A stretch of 64,000 bases of DNA, from positions 64,001-128,000 of the IMG/VR virus record IMGVR_UViG_3300046534_001374. One strand, written 5' to 3'. Each line of letters starts with the position of its first letter. Position 1 is the first letter of the stretch. A program made the position numbers and the translations under genes. Positions 9,628 to 19,764 of the stretch are shown piece by piece. Source of the stretch: a virus. The notes below the pieces were generated by a model, which was given only the letters and a program-made list of their open reading frames with translations, did no database searches and was not told the DNA's origin.

Positions 9628-10776
9628 ATGAAGCAAAAATATACTAAAGAAGTGATAAAATCTATAGCCGGAAAATACACATCGAAAAAGGAATTTATAG
9701 CTAATGATCCTAATGTTTATGGATATATGCGGCGTAAAGGTGAAGATTTTTCTAAAGAAGCTTGTGCTCATATGACACAGCTTAGAAGGAAACATACTGA
9801 CGAATCATTGAAAGATATAGCCAAAGAATTTATGTCCCGAACAGAATTACAAAGGGGTGATGCCTCGGCTTACAGTTGTATTAGAAAAAAAGGTAAACAA
9901 TTCATGAACGAGGCATGTGAACATATGATTCAAGGTAGATTTTCTATAGCACAACTAATGTGTAAAAAGATATTTGAAAATATACTTGATAGTGTTTGTG
10001 TGTATGATACCCGAAAAGTTATTACTCCCTATGAAATTGATATATGGTTTAAAGAGTTTAATTTGGCAATAGAGTATAATGGAAAATTTTGGCATGCCAA
10101 AGAATGTGCAATAAGAAGAGATGCTATTAAAAAGAAAATTTGTGAAGATAGAGGTATACACTTAATAACCATATACGAAGGGGTCAAAGATTACGAGACC
10201 GAAGTTAGGCATAAAATAATAGAAATATTACCACTTATTAATAATATTACCAAAAAACAAATAACTACACAAAATGTTTTAGATGTCGATTGTTCGACAA
10301 TATGGGATGATATACTGAAGAGTAATAGTATTGACGAAATCAATAAGAAAATAAAAAAATGTAAAAACATAAAAGAATTCAAAGAAAAACATTATACCAA
10401 TTATAAATATATCCACAAAAGTGGAAATACAGATATGTTAGACTGTATCAGAGAAAAAGAAAATGAAAATTTGAGTGATGTAGAACTTATGCGGAAATGT
10501 TCAGAAATAACCCATTATGCTAAATTTATAACAGATCATAAAAATTTATACACAATTACCCACAGACGGGGATTATTAGATTCTGTAGCCAAAAATATGA
10601 TTCTCACCAATAGAAGATATAGATTTCATAAACATGAAGATATTATTAATCTGGCGGGAGAATATAAAAATAAGTCTTCTATTGAAAAGGGTGACTGTGC
10701 TTTGTTTAAAGAAATTAACAAAAGAGAAGATATTTCTTGGAGTGACATCTTATTTTTAGCGAAAAGAAAATTCTAA
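9628..10776 (+). CDS. Putative homing endonuclease (PD-(D/E)XK/Vsr-like core with repeated DNA-binding modules)
   Basis: 'EIDIWF...LAIEYNGKFWH' nuclease core plus repeated 'KY..K.EF...D..AY..R.G...C.HM' modules. Very AT-rich and opposite in strand to the flanking block. Confidence 0.7.
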   Translation: MKQKYTKEVIKSIAGKYTSKKEFIANDPNVYGYMRRKGEDFSKEACAHMTQLRRKHTDESLKDIAKEFMSRTELQRGDASAYSCIRKKGKQFMNEACEHMIQGRFSIAQLMCKKIFENILDSVCVYDTRKVITPYEIDIWFKEFNLAIEYNGKFWHAKECAIRRDAIKKKICEDRGIHLITIYEGVKDYETEVRHKIIEILPLINNITKKQITTQNVLDVDCSTIWDDILKSNSIDEINKKIKKCKNIKEFKEKHYTNYKYIHKSGNTDMLDCIREKENENLSDVELMRKCSEITHYAKFITDHKNLYTITHRRGLLDSVAKNMILTNRRYRFHKHEDIINLAGEYKNKSSIEKGDCALFKEINKREDISWSDILFLAKRKF

Positions 10777-10784
10777 TTATATTT

Positions 10785-11006
10785 ATGAGTTCTTTTACAA
10801 AGGTTCCCTGTGCAGAATGCGGGACAATGACTATCGCTAAAAATGGAGACACAGATCCACAATATTGTGATTCTTTCTGTCAAGCTAGGAGTAGAGTAAA
10901 CAACCGAAGGAACGGTGGAACTATACCCTCCGCTTCAAACACCAACCTCAAGAGCAGGGTCGTCCGTGGTAGAACCTGCGGGAGCTGCAACTCCAAGAAG
11001 ATTTAA
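10785..11006 (+). CDS. Small Cys-rich (zinc-binding) protein
   Basis: CxxC, CxxxC and CxxC motifs; TAATTA 5 nt upstream. Confidence 0.55.
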   Translation: MSSFTKVPCAECGTMTIAKNGDTDPQYCDSFCQARSRVNNRRNGGTIPSASNTNLKSRVVRGRTCGSCNSKKI

Positions 11007-11429
11007 AGTAATCTCACATTCTTCACCGTCAAAGAAGGCGTCTAACACTCTTTTGAAGACATCATACTCGCCTAGAGTCGGAACCCCTTCTATATTAGAA
11101 CCCCTATTAAAAAGGGTCATGCTAGATTTAAGCTTCAGTGCATCGATTTCGCCTAATATGTCTACAATATCCTTTGTATCATGTTGGAGTAATTGTAAAC
11201 AATTACAGCACAATCGATGAGCGAGATCATAATTTTTAGTATAATCAATAGCCTCTTGTAAATCTTTTACTCCGAAAAAACGAGATCTGGGGCTTTTGCT
11301 TAACCCCAATAATTGGGGAAAAACAAACCACATCCAGTGAGTTTGTTTTTCCCCCCTATTCAATTCTGCGCTTATTTTGTCCCACCCGAAACTATTCTGC
11401 GCTAACCCAAATTTTTCTAATGTTTCCAT
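10935..11429 (-). CDS. DUF1810 family protein
   Basis: 'ELNRGEKQTHWMWFVFPQL' and 'DALKLKSSMTLF' motifs. Confidence 0.85.
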   Translation of the reverse strand: METLEKFGLAQNSFGWDKISAELNRGEKQTHWMWFVFPQLLGLSKSPRSRFFGVKDLQEAIDYTKNYDLAHRLCCNCLQLLQHDTKDIVDILGEIDALKLKSSMTLFNRGSNIEGVPTLGEYDVFKRVLDAFFDGEECEITLNLLGVAAPAGSTTDDPALEVGV

Positions 11430-11451
11430 GTTTACTTAGAAGAAGAATTGG

Positions 11452-11721
11452 TTATAGATTTATGATCTGACCTTTAATTCTACCGCCCTCTTCGATTATC
11501 CATTCAAGCGGGTATTCGCTTTTGTTATAGGAATAAACGGTCATAGACTCTGCGGTTGGATTATAACGTTCGAGGTAAATAACTTCAGATTTCTCATCCT
11601 TGATCATCGACACATTAATGCCGCTCTCACCAGAACCAATTGTGGTTCTGGTGTATTTTACCCACCCCAAATCAAAAAGATGTTCCAGTGCGTCGATATC
11701 TTCGTATTCAGTAATTTTCAT
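11452..11721 (-). CDS. Hypothetical protein
   Basis: ORF in a tightly packed - strand run. Confidence 0.6.
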   Translation of the reverse strand: MKITEYEDIDALEHLFDLGWVKYTRTTIGSGESGINVSMIKDEKSEVIYLERYNPTAESMTVYSYNKSEYPLEWIIEEGGRIKGQIINL

Positions 11722-11730
11722 ATTAAAGTC

Positions 11731-12327
11731 CTATTGGATTACGATACCTCTTCCGCAATCAGAGACACTAGCTTCTGTGAGTTGGTCAAGCTTGAATTGT
11801 GCAATCGATCCAGTTTTGAGGTAATTCCTCTTGATGAAGTTTTTGGCTCTAACAGGTGCGCCGCTATTTACAGGCTTCTTCGGTGGCCCTTCCTTGATCA
11901 CCACTCGCTCCACCAGAAGACCTTTTAGATGGACCGACCCAGTTGCAATATGCTCCTTCGTCGCTGGCCCTACCCGCCTGTAGGCGTCAAGTTGTCCATT
12001 GGAACGGTTCTTCGACTCGGTAGTTTCTTTCCTAAGACCCTTGATAAGGGCATCTTTAGCCTCCTCCAAGATGTCTTTGGGGGTTTTTGTATCGTGGTGT
12101 TTGTCGAACTTTGTTAGGATATCGGCGAATTCCAAAACATCTCCTTTGGTTGGGGTCCATTTATCGAGGAATTCCAAATCAGCATTAACACCGTCTTCGT
12201 ATGACATTCCGGCGTTAATTACATAATCGGACACTTCCCCCTTCGCGTTGGTATACCCCTTCACTTTAACGAAGAGGCAGTCTGTTTCGGGGATTTGGCT
12301 TAGTTGGTCTGCAAGTTTTGTTGACAT
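11731..12327 (-). CDS. Hypothetical protein
   Basis: 198 aa ORF, operonic spacing. Confidence 0.7.
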   Translation of the reverse strand: MSTKLADQLSQIPETDCLFVKVKGYTNAKGEVSDYVINAGMSYEDGVNADLEFLDKWTPTKGDVLEFADILTKFDKHHDTKTPKDILEEAKDALIKGLRKETTESKNRSNGQLDAYRRVGPATKEHIATGSVHLKGLLVERVVIKEGPPKKPVNSGAPVRAKNFIKRNYLKTGSIAQFKLDQLTEASVSDCGRGIVIQ

Positions 12328-12336
12328 GTCGTTATA

Positions 12337-13113
12337 CTAAAGGTTTTTTTGAATGTTGTCAAGGGATTTTTCATCCACGATCAGATTTTTTGTCTGGAAT
12401 CCAAAATCCCCAAGGTCAAATTCTTGATCCTCTGAGTATGCTGGCATCCCGTCAGCACCCACAATAGCACCTAATGCGCTACCGTCAAGAGAATCTTCAG
12501 ATTCTCCACCTTTTTGATCTCCATTTTCGTCTAGAATCTCGCTAACATAATCAATTCTAGCTTCCCTTGAACCTGTCACCTCGTCAATGAATGCGCATTT
12601 AGATGTAGGGTAGAGTGTTTCGGCTAATGGTCCTCCAGTTGCATATTCCATATAAAAAGTATTCAGGAGATTGTCAAAACCTCTTCTGAAGTCATCGTTG
12701 ATTTCTTCTGGAACTTCGATCCCGTCTTTGTCGTCGATAGGGATGAAATAAATCATATGATAGTATTCCATAGACCTTTTAGTAATTTCAATACTTTCAG
12801 CCAAAAATCCATCAGAAATCTTATCGGCCCCTAGAGAATAAAGAAACATAGTTACCGCTAGATTGTCAAGTAAAGTCCTGTCCATAATGACTCGCCTGTT
12901 CGTGTCTCTTTTCTGCCACAAGCCTTGTGCTTGTTTAAACATGAAATCTCGAATCAATCTCTGACTTTCTTCTGTTCCATTTTCATAAAGATCCAAATTA
13001 GGGATATCCCTATAAGATTCTGCTGGTTGTCCGTATCTAGGAAACTTCTTAACGAAGTCTTTAATAAATGTAGACTTCCCCGTTTTTGTTGCGCCTGTTG
13101 TCCCTATAATCAT
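12337..13113 (-). CDS. P-loop kinase/ATPase (AAA_28/NadR-like)
   Basis: N-terminal 'GATKTGKST' Walker A and 'MDRTLLD' motif. Confidence 0.75.
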   Translation of the reverse strand: MIIGTTGATKTGKSTFIKDFVKKFPRYGQPAESYRDIPNLDLYENGTEESQRLIRDFMFKQAQGLWQKRDTNRRVIMDRTLLDNLAVTMFLYSLGADKISDGFLAESIEITKRSMEYYHMIYFIPIDDKDGIEVPEEINDDFRRGFDNLLNTFYMEYATGGPLAETLYPTSKCAFIDEVTGSREARIDYVSEILDENGDQKGGESEDSLDGSALGAIVGADGMPAYSEDQEFDLGDFGFQTKNLIVDEKSLDNIQKNL

Positions 13114-13117
13114 TTTC

Positions 13118-13399
13118 TTATAACCAATTAAAATTTACAATAGTGCTAATGCCTAGCCTACCCGATACCGAATCGTCGTCAGATATAGTATCTACTATAT
13201 ACCCTAGAGCTTCTAGTTCGTTGGTATAATACGCCCTTTCTTGTAATGAATTACATACAAATTGGCTACAACCAATACCCTTTCTAGAATCTTCTGCAAC
13301 ATCGTCCAAAAGTTCTACTAAGTTTTCTTTCCAATATTTTAGCTGTGAATCTACATAGTTATTGTAGTTTTCCATAGCTGCTTTAGCGGTGATTTTCAT
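13118..13399 (-). CDS. Hypothetical protein
   Basis: Operonic ORF. Confidence 0.6.
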   Translation of the reverse strand: MKITAKAAMENYNNYVDSQLKYWKENLVELLDDVAEDSRKGIGCSQFVCNSLQERAYYTNELEALGYIVDTISDDDSVSGRLGISTIVNFNWL

Positions 13400-13403
13400 A
13401 TTT

Positions 13404-13736
13404 CTAAATTCCTGCTCTACTTAGGATTGAATCATTAGAACAAAAAACTGATTCTAGAACAAAAATTACAGATCTAATCTCGTCCGCTACAGGAACTAGC
13501 TTTTCCACTGGAGGTTCGTCATCACATGACGCAGGGCGCGGATAATCCTCTCTCAATACAGGTTTAAATTGATTTTCTAAATCCACAGACTGGTCTCTCA
13601 GCATCGCGGCAATAGTATTCAATTGCTCTATATATTGTTCAACTTCTGTCAAGCTTCTTGGACAGGCACTACTCACATCATTACTCGTTACGTTATTAAT
13701 ATTCATAAATTTATTTTGTTTCTTGTTTTTCGACAT
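13404..13736 (-). CDS. Hypothetical protein
   Basis: Operonic ORF. Confidence 0.6.
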   Translation of the reverse strand: MSKNKKQNKFMNINNVTSNDVSSACPRSLTEVEQYIEQLNTIAAMLRDQSVDLENQFKPVLREDYPRPASCDDEPPVEKLVPVADEIRSVIFVLESVFCSNDSILSRAGI

Positions 13737-14166
13737 ACATAAACACCTGCTTCTCTCTTGCGAAGATGTATTTAGATCCCGCGAAGGTAACAGGGATACC
13801 TGCCTTCTGCTCTAGAACAACGGTATATCCTTGTTTGGTGTATTTAACATTGTCACCAACCATTACCACTTTACATGCCTTGAAAACATTACCACCTTGT
13901 TGATCTCTAAAAGCTTCCTCGGAGAAGACTAGACCATTTTTAATAATCAAACCATCGTCGGTTCTTTCTTCATTATCCAAAACGATATCTTCCAAAAGAA
14001 TAACATCGTCGGGAACACCTGTTACTACGAAACCATCCAGAGGTAATTCGTGACACAATTCTTCATCCCACAATTCTTCACCTGTAGAAGTTCCTGCGTC
14101 ATTACTTTCGAGTTTTGGTTCAAATACCAATTTTTGTTCTGCCCTTTCAGTTCTAGCCATAAACAT
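13711..14166 (-). CDS. GroES-like co-chaperonin (gp31-like)
   Basis: 'DDVILLE...GLI...KVVMVGDNVKY.K.G..V...G......Y.F.RE..V' Cpn10 pattern. Confidence 0.7.
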   Translation of the reverse strand: MFMARTERAEQKLVFEPKLESNDAGTSTGEELWDEELCHELPLDGFVVTGVPDDVILLEDIVLDNEERTDDGLIIKNGLVFSEEAFRDQQGGNVFKACKVVMVGDNVKYTKQGYTVVLEQKAGIPVTFAGSKYIFAREKQVFMYVEKQETK

Positions 14167-14208
14167 ACATTACCAGCAGTTTCCAACTATTCAAGTTACG
14201 GGACAAAC

Positions 14209-14628
14209 TTATTTAACAAAAACATCCATATACATAGGATTGTTATCTCTCATATTCCTATACTTCCCTGTTGTGGACACATATACGTCAAACACATAAG
14301 ACTTTCCTTTAGAAGCCCTTTTCTTAGTTACAGCACTACCTCTATCCTGCACTTTGAATTTACCGTCACCGACGATACCTTTTAAGTCTGGGATGTAAAT
14401 TTCAGTTCCAAAACCAAAATTAGGATGAGCAGCTACAGTGATACCTTCTTTAGCCCTTTTTGTTTTCGGGTCGGCAACTTGCGAACCCCATTTATCCTGA
14501 TTTGGATTATAGTATGTGATACGACAATGTATCTTCTTATTATACCCTATCATTTGTTTGAGGGGCAATTCTTTTGGTGCTGCTATAGTGGTTGTTAGTA
14601 ATGTGATTAATAGTAATATAGTTTTCAT
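14209..14628 (-). CDS. 3D-domain (MltA-like) cell-wall protein with signal peptide
   Basis: 'TVAAHP..GT.IYIP...V.DRGSA...FDVY' motif and a hydrophobic N-terminus. Confidence 0.8.
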   Translation of the reverse strand: MKTILLLITLLTTTIAAPKELPLKQMIGYNKKIHCRITYYNPNQDKWGSQVADPKTKRAKEGITVAAHPNFGFGTEIYIPDLKGIVGDGKFKVQDRGSAVTKKRASKGKSYVFDVYVSTTGKYRNMRDNNPMYMDVFVK

Positions 14629-14638
14629 AAATAGATGT

Positions 14639-15217
14639 ATGACTCGTTTTGAAGAATTGGCAAAAGCCTACTCCCTTGAATATTTTGGCAAACCTTTGAT
14701 GGAAGCTGGTGTGGAGGGTATTGATGTTTTAGACGATGATCAAACCAGCGCAATACCAGAAACTGAAGAAAGTGGTTCGTCGGACATTGGTAAGTTATTA
14801 CTCCTAACAAACATCCTTTTGAAAGCTGCTAAATTCAAGCCTAGTGATGAAGTGGTTGCATATTTAAATATGCCGCGTTTTAAGACACTATCCCCATTTT
14901 CAAAATTAACAGCAGTAAGAAATCTTATTTCCGATCATCCTGAAATGATTGTTCAAGAAGCCGAGGGGGACGAAGGTGCTGAATTGGAAGATGGTGAAAA
15001 TGATATGGAGCCTCCTATGGAAGGTGAGGTTGAAGACTTCGGTGAAGCTGAACTAGAACTAGACGAAGCAAGCGAAGAGGAGATTCTTAATTTAACATTA
15101 AGAGTTCTTGAAATGGACCCATATAGTCTCCCGTCTACTCTTAGAACACTTCCGTCAAGAGCGACCGAGGAGAATTATGAGGAGATCATTACCGCATTAG
15201 AGTCTATCCTTGTTTAA
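14639..15217 (+). CDS. Acidic hypothetical late protein
   Basis: Start reassigned to the ATG at 14639, 5 nt after TAAATA. Confidence 0.6.
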   Translation: MTRFEELAKAYSLEYFGKPLMEAGVEGIDVLDDDQTSAIPETEESGSSDIGKLLLLTNILLKAAKFKPSDEVVAYLNMPRFKTLSPFSKLTAVRNLISDHPEMIVQEAEGDEGAELEDGENDMEPPMEGEVEDFGEAELELDEASEEEILNLTLRVLEMDPYSLPSTLRTLPSRATEENYEEIITALESILV

Positions 15218-15425
15218 GGGCTTTCATTAAATTTCCCTCAAGTGCTGCTTTAGACGGGAATCCTTTATCGAAAAAGGGTGCGATTCGTTCATCCACAACG
15301 GTATCATACCCTTTGATGGATGGCTGTAAAAAGAACTTTTGATCTTTGGCCACTATATACCCTACGGTTCTTTCTCCGTATTGCACGACATATTCATTGT
15401 CATTTTTAAGCGGCTTGTAACTCAA
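15204..15425 (-). CDS. Hypothetical protein
   Basis: Short ORF in a - strand run. Confidence 0.5.
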   Translation of the reverse strand: MSYKPLKNDNEYVVQYGERTVGYIVAKDQKFFLQPSIKGYDTVVDERIAPFFDKGFPSKAALEGNLMKALKQG

Positions 15426-15440
15426 GCTCTCCTGAGCACC

Positions 15441-15593
15441 TCAAGCCTCCTCCAAGGCTTTTCTAGATGAGGTATAACGATCTTGGAGTTTGTCATCCAA
15501 GATAGTCTGTAGTATGGCAGAGGCTTTCTCGATGTCTTTACCTTGTGTTGCAGCTACAAACTCTTTAGTTTTTTCGTGTGGTTTATTTTTCAT
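15441..15593 (-). CDS. Small protein resembling prohead core gp67
   Basis: 'EFVAAT..KDIEKA..IL..ILDDKL' helix pattern; TAATTA upstream. Confidence 0.4.
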   Translation of the reverse strand: MKNKPHEKTKEFVAATQGKDIEKASAILQTILDDKLQDRYTSSRKALEEA

Positions 15594-15600
15594 TTCTACT

Positions 15601-16227
15601 TTAATTATCGATATCGGTTCGTAAATCAAAAGTCATCCTATCGTAGGCGAAAGAAAAGTCAATGTAAATAACGTCACCTTCCGTATTATTGTCTAGCGGA
15701 TAACCGCCTAGCTTAGTGGGGACCACTCCATGAAAAGTATAAAGACCGATAGGTTTCTTATATTGCCCTAACAAAAATACACTGTAAGTTGTTGAGTAAT
15801 GGTCCTTTTCAAAACCACCGACCACACCCTTTTCGATATCAACTAACATCTGCATCCATTTATAAATCGACCAATAGTTAGACATATTATCATCCATTTT
15901 AAATTGTATGTCAATATCAGGAAAATCATCGTATTTCGTTCCTGCTTCGGTATGGCTACCCACACCGTAAGCAACCTTAGTTGCAGGTATGGAGATGTCG
16001 GGGATTGTTATAGATCTAACACTTAATTCTAGTTTCTCAAGAGAGATCTCTTTGTCTGTGTCTCTGTTGACTCTGTTAAACTTCCTTAAGCATGTCGGTA
16101 AATCTAAGATAGTATCAAACTTGTCGTTATACAAATTATTCAGCTCACTAGTCCCGCCAGCAGATCCAAAAATCTTTGGCGGAAGTGCCTCTGGAGGACA
16201 GGTGGTATTTTTAACAACATCAGACAT
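15601..16227 (-). CDS. Tail completion/tube-fold protein (gp3-like)
   Basis: 'SITIP.I....G..YD..DI.F.MDDNM.NY..IY.WM...F.GV.P' pattern. Confidence 0.75.
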   Translation of the reverse strand: MSDVVKNTTCPPEALPPKIFGSAGGTSELNNLYNDKFDTILDLPTCLRKFNRVNRDTDKEISLEKLELSVRSITIPDISIPATKVAYGVGSHTEAGTKYDDFPDIDIQFKMDDNMSNYWSIYKWMQMLVDIEKGVVGGFEKDHYSTTYSVFLLGQYKKPIGLYTFHGVVPTKLGGYPLDNNTEGDVIYIDFSFAYDRMTFDLRTDIDN

Positions 16228-16267
16228 CGTAATTAATATTTAGTGTAGTGTGTAAATAATTACAGTT

Positions 16268-16930
16268 ATGCGAGACTCCGATATAATGAATGATGCCAAA
16301 GGACGATTCGATAAGTGGTCCGAAATCCATTTACAATATCATGATTTTTTGGATGAGGGATTTGAAGCTACTGATAGCGGTTATGGCAACACAAGTTATG
16401 ATCCATCTATAACGGAATACTATCATACTGGCTGGTATGAGTTGAGCTTCACACTAGAAAAACCTATCCAAAAATTTACTAAAATATTATGGGAATATTT
16501 TCCTTTGGATGAGTCTTACAAAAAAGACAATACGGCGGGTTCCGTGGATTGGTCTCATGATGAAAATACTATAGTGGTGGGTATTTCCTATTTTTCATTC
16601 TCATCTTTTTATACACACAATGATGAAGAAAATGAATTTCAAATTTTCTATAATGTCGCTAAAAATGAAGACTTGGGGGTTATAGCAGATATGCCGGATC
16701 ATATCGTATGGGACAAGGATTCAACCGAAGGTGATATATATTTTGTTAAAAATGACATTGTAGAGTTAAAAACATTTCTTAACGTTTTTAACTCTACTTT
16801 AGAGTTTGGTAATATAGACAGTGGTAAAATCGAGGAATGGGTTGAGGAGGAATATTCTGAAATTGTCCAATTAACTAACTCAAAAGATATCTTGGAAAAC
16901 TTTGGATATTGGGAGGAAGAAAACTATTAA
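16268..16930 (+). CDS. Acidic hypothetical protein
   Basis: 220 aa ORF with TAATTA 5 nt upstream. Confidence 0.65.
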   Translation: MRDSDIMNDAKGRFDKWSEIHLQYHDFLDEGFEATDSGYGNTSYDPSITEYYHTGWYELSFTLEKPIQKFTKILWEYFPLDESYKKDNTAGSVDWSHDENTIVVGISYFSFSSFYTHNDEENEFQIFYNVAKNEDLGVIADMPDHIVWDKDSTEGDIYFVKNDIVELKTFLNVFNSTLEFGNIDSGKIEEWVEEEYSEIVQLTNSKDILENFGYWEEENY

Positions 16931-16938
16931 TTACTAAT

Positions 16939-17268
16939 ATGATTGTTTTGGAATTGTTTGTTTTGTTTCTTTCTTCTCTGGGTATGATAAATATTTTGAT
17001 TTATAGCCCATTGACTGAAGGTATTAGATCTTTCCTTATCAAGATATTCTCTAAATTTGGTAAGGAAAAAGTGGGACACTATTTATCACAGTGTCCCACT
17101 TGTATGGGTTTTTGGGTAGGAGTTATCATGCTCCTTGTGTGGCTGTCCGGTTTAGTGTGGTTTACACTACCATTTTCAATCAGCTTTCTAGGCTATCTTG
17201 GCGGGCTGTATCTGTTTCCGCTACCTGAAAGGCTTGCTCCGAAACAGTTTCAGAAAAACCAGCCTTGA
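16939..17268 (+). CDS. Membrane protein (DUF1360-like)
   Basis: Hydrophobic segments and an 'L.QCP.CMGFW' motif. Confidence 0.6.
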   Translation: MIVLELFVLFLSSLGMINILIYSPLTEGIRSFLIKIFSKFGKEKVGHYLSQCPTCMGFWVGVIMLLVWLSGLVWFTLPFSISFLGYLGGLYLFPLPERLAPKQFQKNQP

Positions 17269-17479
17269 TAATATCGACAAACTCTATTTTTTCACCGCCC
17301 TCCAAGTCCATCACAGAAGCACCCACTGCGATATTCATGATATGGATTAGTAATGTAGCTCTAAGAGCTACATCTTCGATCTCCATCAAATTGGATCTAA
17401 CAGAAACACCCATACCATCAAATTCGCCAGTTTCGTCGTCGGTATCCACATTGGCTGATAATAGCGTAAAATTAATCAT
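17180..17479 (-). CDS. Hypothetical protein
   Basis: ATG at 17479 overlaps the end of the upstream ORF. Confidence 0.5.
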   Translation of the reverse strand: MINFTLLSANVDTDDETGEFDGMGVSVRSNLMEIEDVALRATLLIHIMNIAVGASVMDLEGGEKIEFVDIIKAGFSETVSEQAFQVAETDTARQDSLES

Positions 17480-17651
17480 GGTCTTCAGCTTTAGGGATTG
17501 CGACAACCACTTCTTGGATGTCCTTCTTTTCTAAACCAATCTTTTCCCAGTTGATATCACTGATATTGTTTGCGCTTTTTAACACATCCAAACCAGATTC
17601 TCCGACTTGTTTCGTGATCTGCTCTTGTATTCTTTTTACATCTTCTGTCAT
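17472..17651 (-). CDS. Small hypothetical protein (59 aa, not in ORF track)
   Basis: MTEDVKRIQEQ...KAEDHD*; its start overlaps the gp46 stop codon. Confidence 0.55.
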   Translation of the reverse strand: MTEDVKRIQEQITKQVGESGLDVLKSANNISDINWEKIGLEKKDIQEVVVAIPKAEDHD

Positions 17652-19492
17652 TATAGTATTCTACTTTGTCCTTTTTCTTTTACCACGTTAATAATTTTAG
17701 CATCGGGAATATCAAATTGTGTTTTGTGTGTAATGATATACGGGTTCTCTCCGTGCTCTTTTTGCCTTTCGACTAGGATTGCTGATATAGCATCTAAACC
17801 TGATTGGTCAACAGCATAATCAAAAGACTCGTCAATCAGTTTAATATTGAAACTAATCTGATTCTGAATTCTGAGGATATCAGAGAAAGTTAGGAATAAG
17901 GCCATATTGATTCTCCACTTCTCACCGCCCGAGAATGACTCATACTGCATCTCAAGACCTCCTAACGTCTTCATGGAGTATTCCATATGCTCATCAAACA
18001 AAACCTCGCAAGGAGCACCAAGACGCATTAGATACGCATTAAGGCTAGTATTAAACAAGGTGATCAGTTTCGAGAGGATTGAACTTCTCAAACCCTTCTC
18101 GCTGAATACGATTTTTACGTGGTGTAAAACTTCGAGTTCTGTTTCTAGTGTTTCTAATTCGGTTTTAAAGATTTTAATCTTCTTTTCGGTCTCCGAATAA
18201 TCCCTCATCAAGGTTTTCAAAATAGAACTGTCTTCCGGCTTCTTGATATCTTCCAGAGCATTTTTCCTATCCTTCTTAAGGATCTCGATTTCCCTAATCT
18301 TCTTTTCGTAATCAGAAATTTCTTTCTGATTCTTGAAAGCTTTGCTTGTTAGATCCGATCTAGCGTTTTGAACTTTAAATTCTTTCTGTTCGAGTAATTT
18401 GATCTCTTCGTTGAGTTCTTTATAATTCACTCGTTGATCAACGATCAATTCCAAAAGAGTTTCATTCTCATTAACCATTCTTTTACAATCAGCATCGATA
18501 ACATCTCTATCATCTTTGTCAATATCTTTACCACATTCGCCGCAAACCTTAGCTTTAGTCTTTCGTTCTACTTCTCTCTTATTAGTTTCGATAGTTGATA
18601 GGTTAATATCGGCTTCATATTTTATGGTAGAGCGTGATTCTTTCTTTACAGAAACCTTTGTTTGAATCTTAGTTAGTAACTGGGAATATTTATCAGTCTC
18701 CAACGCTAGATCTATCGCCTCGGGCTTATCACCGATAAAAGATTCCATTCTCGAAATTTCTATTTCAAGTCTTCCAAGCTGTTCTTGTTTCTTTTTGGTT
18801 GCATTTTCAAATTCAACCTTAACCGTTTTGATTTGATTCTTGATAATGGGGAGGTGTGGTTCGGAAGAGCTAATTTCGGTCTGCTTCTTACTAACCTTTT
18901 TGCTGACTGTGTTGAATTCTTCTCTTGCCAGTTTCTCGGCTTCTTTGATATATGTGAAATCAAAAATAGTTCCAATGAACTTCTCCCTTTCAGTTTTCAT
19001 CATACTAAAGAAAGAACCTGAGTCTGCTTTGGTTGCCATAGACTGCATGAAGACTTCCTTTTTGATACCTTTCAGTAGAGTGTCGGCAATGTATGCTTGT
19101 GTCGCAGGTGAATTACTTTGGGTTTTATTATCACCGTCTACAGTCAAAGTAAGCTTCGATGGATTAATTGTCCTGTTAATAACGACTGGGATAATTGTGT
19201 CATCTTCCGCAATATCCAACTTCAATTCTACGATACATTTCTTCTTACCTCCACGATTGAATGGGATTGAGTCTTTGGGGAATTTCTTTCTAGAGGTCTC
19301 TCCATACAAAGCATAAACTAAACTGTCAAAGAAGATGGCAGTCTTACCAACTCCATTATTCTGGTCCTCTTGCCCTACAGTTCGGTTTTCACCTCTGATG
19401 AAATAAATACCGTCTTCGAATGTATAACTTACCTTCTCACCACAAGAAAGGAAGTATGAAAGGTCGATTGATTTAAATTTAATTCGTCTCAT
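17651..19492 (-). CDS. Recombination endonuclease ATPase subunit (gp46/SbcC/Rad50)
   Basis: NGVGKT Walker A, coiled coil with CxxC hook, FSGGE signature, LIDE and ITH motifs. Confidence 0.93.
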   Translation of the reverse strand: MRRIKFKSIDLSYFLSCGEKVSYTFEDGIYFIRGENRTVGQEDQNNGVGKTAIFFDSLVYALYGETSRKKFPKDSIPFNRGGKKKCIVELKLDIAEDDTIIPVVINRTINPSKLTLTVDGDNKTQSNSPATQAYIADTLLKGIKKEVFMQSMATKADSGSFFSMMKTEREKFIGTIFDFTYIKEAEKLAREEFNTVSKKVSKKQTEISSSEPHLPIIKNQIKTVKVEFENATKKKQEQLGRLEIEISRMESFIGDKPEAIDLALETDKYSQLLTKIQTKVSVKKESRSTIKYEADINLSTIETNKREVERKTKAKVCGECGKDIDKDDRDVIDADCKRMVNENETLLELIVDQRVNYKELNEEIKLLEQKEFKVQNARSDLTSKAFKNQKEISDYEKKIREIEILKKDRKNALEDIKKPEDSSILKTLMRDYSETEKKIKIFKTELETLETELEVLHHVKIVFSEKGLRSSILSKLITLFNTSLNAYLMRLGAPCEVLFDEHMEYSMKTLGGLEMQYESFSGGEKWRINMALFLTFSDILRIQNQISFNIKLIDESFDYAVDQSGLDAISAILVERQKEHGENPYIITHKTQFDIPDAKIINVVKEKGQSRIL

Positions 19493-19763
19493 ATGATTTA
19501 AAAAATTGGTTAAGTCTTTCGATCTTTGCCTTGGCCTTTCTTCTGAGATATCGATCTAGGGGTTCGAAAATTTCCTCCTCACCATTATCTCTATACTCTC
19601 TCATGTCAGTGTCGGAATCCCATATAGAGTATCCCATAAACATAACAAGGTCAACCATACCGCCAGTTCGGTATTCAAAACATTGATAGTCATCATCATT
19701 GAAGAAATCCATCATGTCGTAATTTAGAGTATGGACCAATTCAATTATTTTTTTAGTTTTCAT
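19479..19763 (-). CDS. Hypothetical protein
   Basis: Operonic ORF. Confidence 0.6.
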   Translation of the reverse strand: MKTKKIIELVHTLNYDMMDFFNDDDYQCFEYRTGGMVDLVMFMGYSIWDSDTDMREYRDNGEEEIFEPLDRYLRRKAKAKIERLNQFFKSYETN

Positions 19764-19764
19764 A

